Shown here piece after piece: positions 60,383 through 64,000 of a stretch of DNA of 64,000 bases. Both the position numbers and the translations under genes were made by a program. The notes under the pieces were generated by a model that saw only the letters and a program-made list of their open reading frames with translations, was not told the origin of the DNA and ran no database searches. Within the stretch, counting starts at the first letter, position 1. The number at the start of each line of letters is the position of its first letter. This DNA comes from TPA_inf: Saccharomyces (taxonomy: Eukaryota), in contig BK006948.2 of the NCBI GenBank assembly GCA_000146045.2, forward strand, positions 1 to 64,000, given 5' to 3'.

Positions 60383-61024
60383 TTACAAGGTGATTGATGG
60401 TTGAGGGTGTCTACCATTGGCACTGGAATGTGGAAAGAATTCCAAATGCCCGTCATCGGTTAATTTTAAAACTTGCTTGAATTTACCACCAATTCTCAAT
60501 AGTGGTTCTTTGTCTTCAGATTTAGTCCATAAGGCAAACTTGTTACCACCTTTTCTAATGCTTAAAACGACACCGTTAATTTGGGAGTCGTCTTCATCAA
60601 TTGTTTCACCAATAACTGCTAGTAAAGTTCTTAGCCATAATTCATCAATATCAGCACCTTTTCCTCTAAGTTGGAAAGACCATTTACCACCTTTAGCATT
60701 GGCTTCATCTTCCCATTCAGGTCTAACGTCATTACGGAAGACGTGGTAATCTGATTTCAATGGTAGTTCGTGTGGCTCAGGAATATTTTGAATGATAGCC
60801 CAAAATTCTTCAACAGTTTGGAATGAAGTGACGGGACGTAATAGATCAGACCACGACTCAGATTTATCGACGGCTGGCTTTGTGTACCATAAAGTCCATT
60901 TGGTGTTCAATGGGTGCTTGACATCGAAGTGAGCACTGTCACTTAAAACAGTCTTTGGAGTAGCTGTGGTATCATCGACTGAAACGTTTTCTTCAAACTT
61001 CTTGCTAACTTCTTCAACGGACAT
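60383..61024 (-). CDS. CDC33: Translation initiation factor eIF4E (mRNA cap-binding protein), 213 aa
   Basis: MSVEEVSKKFEENVSVDDTTATPKTVLSDSAHFDVKHPLNTKWTLWYTKP... has the conserved cap-binding Trp residues; the track ORF carries 5 extra residues. Confidence 0.93.
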   Translation of the reverse strand: MSVEEVSKKFEENVSVDDTTATPKTVLSDSAHFDVKHPLNTKWTLWYTKPAVDKSESWSDLLRPVTSFQTVEEFWAIIQNIPEPHELPLKSDYHVFRNDVRPEWEDEANAKGGKWSFQLRGKGADIDELWLRTLLAVIGETIDEDDSQINGVVLSIRKGGNKFALWTKSEDKEPLLRIGGKFKQVLKLTDDGHLEFFPHSSANGRHPQPSITL

Positions 61025-61324
61025 TTTTCTTCCTTTCACTAGTTTTCAGACAAAAATGCTTTTATTTTTCGTAAAACTCCTAGGAAGTACTCAAGCACTA
61101 ACACAAACACATATGTACAATATAAATCCAGAATTAACACTACCTCTTGCAATGTAAAACTCTCTTTATCAGGTATTGCATTAAACTCTATTGACGACGA
61201 AAAAAATTTTCTTTTCGGAGAGGGTAATAAAATTTTACCCGACCTTTTTGACGGGTAATATTACTCTAAACGATTTAACTAAACAATGGTGATGATATGT
61301 TAAACTATACATTATGTGGAGAAC

Positions 61325-64000
61325 CTAGATGAATGCAACACCGGGGCAACCGCCGGGACATTCTTGTTCATTCTCATCGAGAAACCATTCTTGTATGCAC
61401 TGGAAGTGACCTTCGTGTCCACAGGGGAGGATGACCATGGTCAGTTTCTTTAATGGTCTTTCACATAGAACACAAGATGTATTCTTCTTCTTACAAGAGT
61501 CACAATACCAGTATCCAAACTTGTCCATGATCTTCTTATTGCCCGTCTGCTGAGCTTCCGCTCTGAGCTTTTCTTTAGAACTTTCGTTAGTGATTAACTC
61601 ACCACAGCGTTCGCAAAACAACCGAATGGAAGATTGGTCACCCTCAGAACCCATGATATCTTCGAATGGGCAGTATTTTAAGACGTCTGCAGCAATGCCG
61701 AAGAGTTCGTATCGATGTAATAATAACAAGAAGTGAGCGATTGCGTCCTTTGCAATGTCGATTTCTGTTATTTGGTATATCGTTTGGAAAAGAAATAAAA
61801 TATTCACCGTCAATACGACGTTCCCAGTCTCAGTAGCTTGATTGTAGAGTTGTTTGATGAGTTTTTTCGTGTCCCAGGGTGGGTCAGCGATAATTTTCTT
61901 GCATTTGGCAAGCTTTTTCGTCAATGAAGAAGACAGTTGTTCCCTACCAATGCTATCTGGCCGTGATGGCGCATGTCTGGGCGATCCGATTATTGGTGCT
62001 GTATGGGAAGAAAGCTTTTTAAAAGTTTCTAGTTGCGAGGTTGTTGTGGCATAGCTTTGTAGCGACGAAACCTTACTGCGTGGGCTTACGCTGTTGTAAG
62101 TAAACCTAGGAGATATATTGTCATCTTCGTTACCTATGTCCGTATCTCCATTGTAACCGTTGGGAGAATGCAACATGAAAGTATCTATGAATGACTTGCG
62201 GTGCTCACGTTTCTGCAATATTGGTATACTTTTCGCGATAGGAGACGCGTGAAATTGTGCTGACTTAGTCGGTGAGTCATGAGGCTGTTCTTCTTCTTGA
62301 TGTTCATGTTCGTCTTCCTCTATAATCACATCGTCACTCACTGTTTCTCCCATTTTAGTCCTTGACTCCAAGCGTTGGTTCTGTAGCTCTTTTAGCTTAG
62401 TTAAAACTTCATCTGAATCCTCATTTGGCTGCGCATAGGGGATTATTTCCGTGTTTTTGAGCTGCTCTTTGAGCTTAGAAACAGGTTTCTTTTCGGCATC
62501 ACTTGGTTCATCAGAGTTAGCACGAAATGCCTGCGGCCTTTCTTCAACTAACGACTCAGCCCCACTTGTCCCTGCACCATCCTCCTCTGGGAACTCTTTT
62601 CCTGTTTTCAGATTTTCTCCAGCTTCGAAATCGGAGCTTTCATTGGCATCCATATTAGATGCGTTATCTGATGAAATTTGGGAGGAGGTCATCCACTTCA
62701 AGTCCCATAACAATGAATCTCTTATCAAGATCCAGATTTTGAAGTTGGTTAGATCATCTATGGATAGATAAACAGATGCGTTATGCGTTGCAATAGATAT
62801 CAAATCTACCAGTGTTTGTATTTTTTCTTGCAGTTCTGCTTCCACGTTCTTGTCGATCTTCCTAGCTCTGTCATGACTTTGCCTACTTGCAGAAATGGAA
62901 GATATACTTGATCTGACATCCTTCTCGTCAAACTCCCTCGAACTACTGGAATTTCTTTTGGATTTTTTGTTATTTACTTTTTCATTCATTAAGGTAGCCC
63001 ATGTATTATTTTCTGGAAAATTGTATTTTTTCAAAAGGTGACTTTCGATTATTTTGTCATCATCATCATCATCATCATCATCATCACCATCATCATTATT
63101 ATTGGTAGTAGTAGTATTATCACCATGTGTTTCGGTTGCGTTTTTAACGACGTCAATGTTCTCTATATCATTTTTATATGCAGTGTCTGCACTGTCTGAA
63201 ACATTATGCTCTCGAATATACGAAAACTTGAGCTGTCTCGCCAAATATTTGAACTTTTCTACTGGAGAATTTTTCATAGAAGAACTTTCGGAAATGACGT
63301 TCTTTTTTCTTGAATGTGCGATTTTGGTTAATCTTATGTTATTGAAGATCTGCGGTATATCCAAAGTGATGATACAAGGCGGTTCAATGGCGATTTCTTC
63401 TCTATTTTCAGTTTGTGGCGTCAGGGATGTCAATGATGCGGAAGAGCTGTTAAAAGAAGATGCTCCAGATGCTAATGTTAAGCTTTTTGTGCTAAACGTT
63501 GGGCCTGCTTTTAAAGTAGGCGGCCTCTCTGGCGTAAAACTTGTTAATCCAGTATGGCTAAATCCTTTTTTTATCCCTCCAATTATTCCCTGGTTCTCTG
63601 GATTGCCATTCTTCGGGTTTTTTATTGTACCTGGATGCTTCTTGCATGTGGTACTTGAGGTAGGTTGAAGCTCCGGTTCTACCACCTCATATGAGCCTAT
63701 CTCTTGGTCAACTGAAAGTAAACCGTTACCATCCAAATCTCTCCAAGTTGTTGTATTTTTGCTCAAATTTTCGAGCACTGTTGGTTCTTTGTTAATGTCC
63801 CAGCCATTTATACGGGTCCCCTTATCGATATTAAAGATCAAGTTTTCGTCCCACCATACTAATCCTAAAGAAGGCGTTTCTGATAGGAGAACATGTTTTG
63901 GAATGTACTTTCTTGCCAAGGAATAGATGCGAACTTCAGCTTCGTCACCCATTGACGATATTCCTAGTAATGAATTATATATATTACTACTATAAGCAGG
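61325..64000 (-). CDS. RTC1: C-terminal ~890 codons of an RWD/WD40 and RING-H2 vacuolar-membrane SEA-complex protein; the 5' end lies beyond the window
   Basis: C-terminal RING-like CxxC...H..C motif (CVLCERPLKKLTMVILPCGHEGHFQCIQEWF); poly-Asp tract encoded by (ATC/ATG)n at ~63054-63090; the ORF remains open to the window edge. Confidence 0.85.
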   Translation of the reverse strand, partial: PAYSSNIYNSLLGISSMGDEAEVRIYSLARKYIPKHVLLSETPSLGLVWWDENLIFNIDKGTRINGWDINKEPTVLENLSKNTTTWRDLDGNGLLSVDQEIGSYEVVEPELQPTSSTTCKKHPGTIKNPKNGNPENQGIIGGIKKGFSHTGLTSFTPERPPTLKAGPTFSTKSLTLASGASSFNSSSASLTSLTPQTENREEIAIEPPCIITLDIPQIFNNIRLTKIAHSRKKNVISESSSMKNSPVEKFKYLARQLKFSYIREHNVSDSADTAYKNDIENIDVVKNATETHGDNTTTTNNNDDGDDDDDDDDDDKIIESHLLKKYNFPENNTWATLMNEKVNNKKSKRNSSSSREFDEKDVRSSISSISASRQSHDRARKIDKNVEAELQEKIQTLVDLISIATHNASVYLSIDDLTNFKIWILIRDSLLWDLKWMTSSQISSDNASNMDANESSDFEAGENLKTGKEFPEEDGAGTSGAESLVEERPQAFRANSDEPSDAEKKPVSKLKEQLKNTEIIPYAQPNEDSDEVLTKLKELQNQRLESRTKMGETVSDDVIIEEDEHEHQEEEQPHDSPTKSAQFHASPIAKSIPILQKREHRKSFIDTFMLHSPNGYNGDTDIGNEDDNISPRFTYNSVSPRSKVSSLQSYATTTSQLETFKKLSSHTAPIIGSPRHAPSRPDSIGREQLSSSLTKKLAKCKKIIADPPWDTKKLIKQLYNQATETGNVVLTVNILFLFQTIYQITEIDIAKDAIAHFLLLLHRYELFGIAADVLKYCPFEDIMGSEGDQSSIRLFCERCGELITNESSKEKLRAEAQQTGNKKIMDKFGYWYCDSCKKKNTSCVLCERPLKKLTMVILPCGHEGHFQCIQEWFLDENEQECPGGCPGVAFI

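Noticed and set aside
63054-63668. 204-aa + strand ORF beginning with poly-Ser inside RTC1
   Set aside because: It is the antisense reading of the RTC1 poly-Asp (GAT/GAC) tract and downstream sequence; RTC1 on the minus strand is the real gene.

Overview
This window is the left end of Saccharomyces cerevisiae chromosome XV (S288C-like), running from the telomere (TEL15L) inward to RTC1. I identified it from the terminal C1-3A repeats, the X element, and an unambiguous series of recognisable yeast proteins in their known order: AAD15, BDS1, the split Dal5-family permease YOL163W/YOL162W, PAU20, YOL159C, ENB1, IMA2, HXT11, HPF1, ZPS1, the CPS1-like pseudogene YOL153C, FRE7, GRE2, DCP1, SPT20, PEX11, PSF3, CTR9, NOP8, RIB4, RRP40, PPM2, ARG8, CDC33 and RTC1 (truncated at the window edge). 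The ORF track uses alternative start codons (TTG/GTG shown as M), so several tracks are longer than the true proteins. I trimmed those to the first ATG that gives the known protein length. The first ~45 kb is typical subtelomere: gene families, pseudogenes, three solo Ty1/Ty2 delta LTRs, and multi-kb intergenic gaps. From DCP1 (~44.9 kb) onward the genes are compact, conserved and mostly essential. I see no evidence of an undescribed system; this is a canonical, well-annotated eukaryotic locus. The hunt therefore reports regulatory sites, repeat structure and pseudogene lesions that can be read directly from the sequence. Coordinates of short motifs may be off by 1-2 nt because I indexed them by hand.
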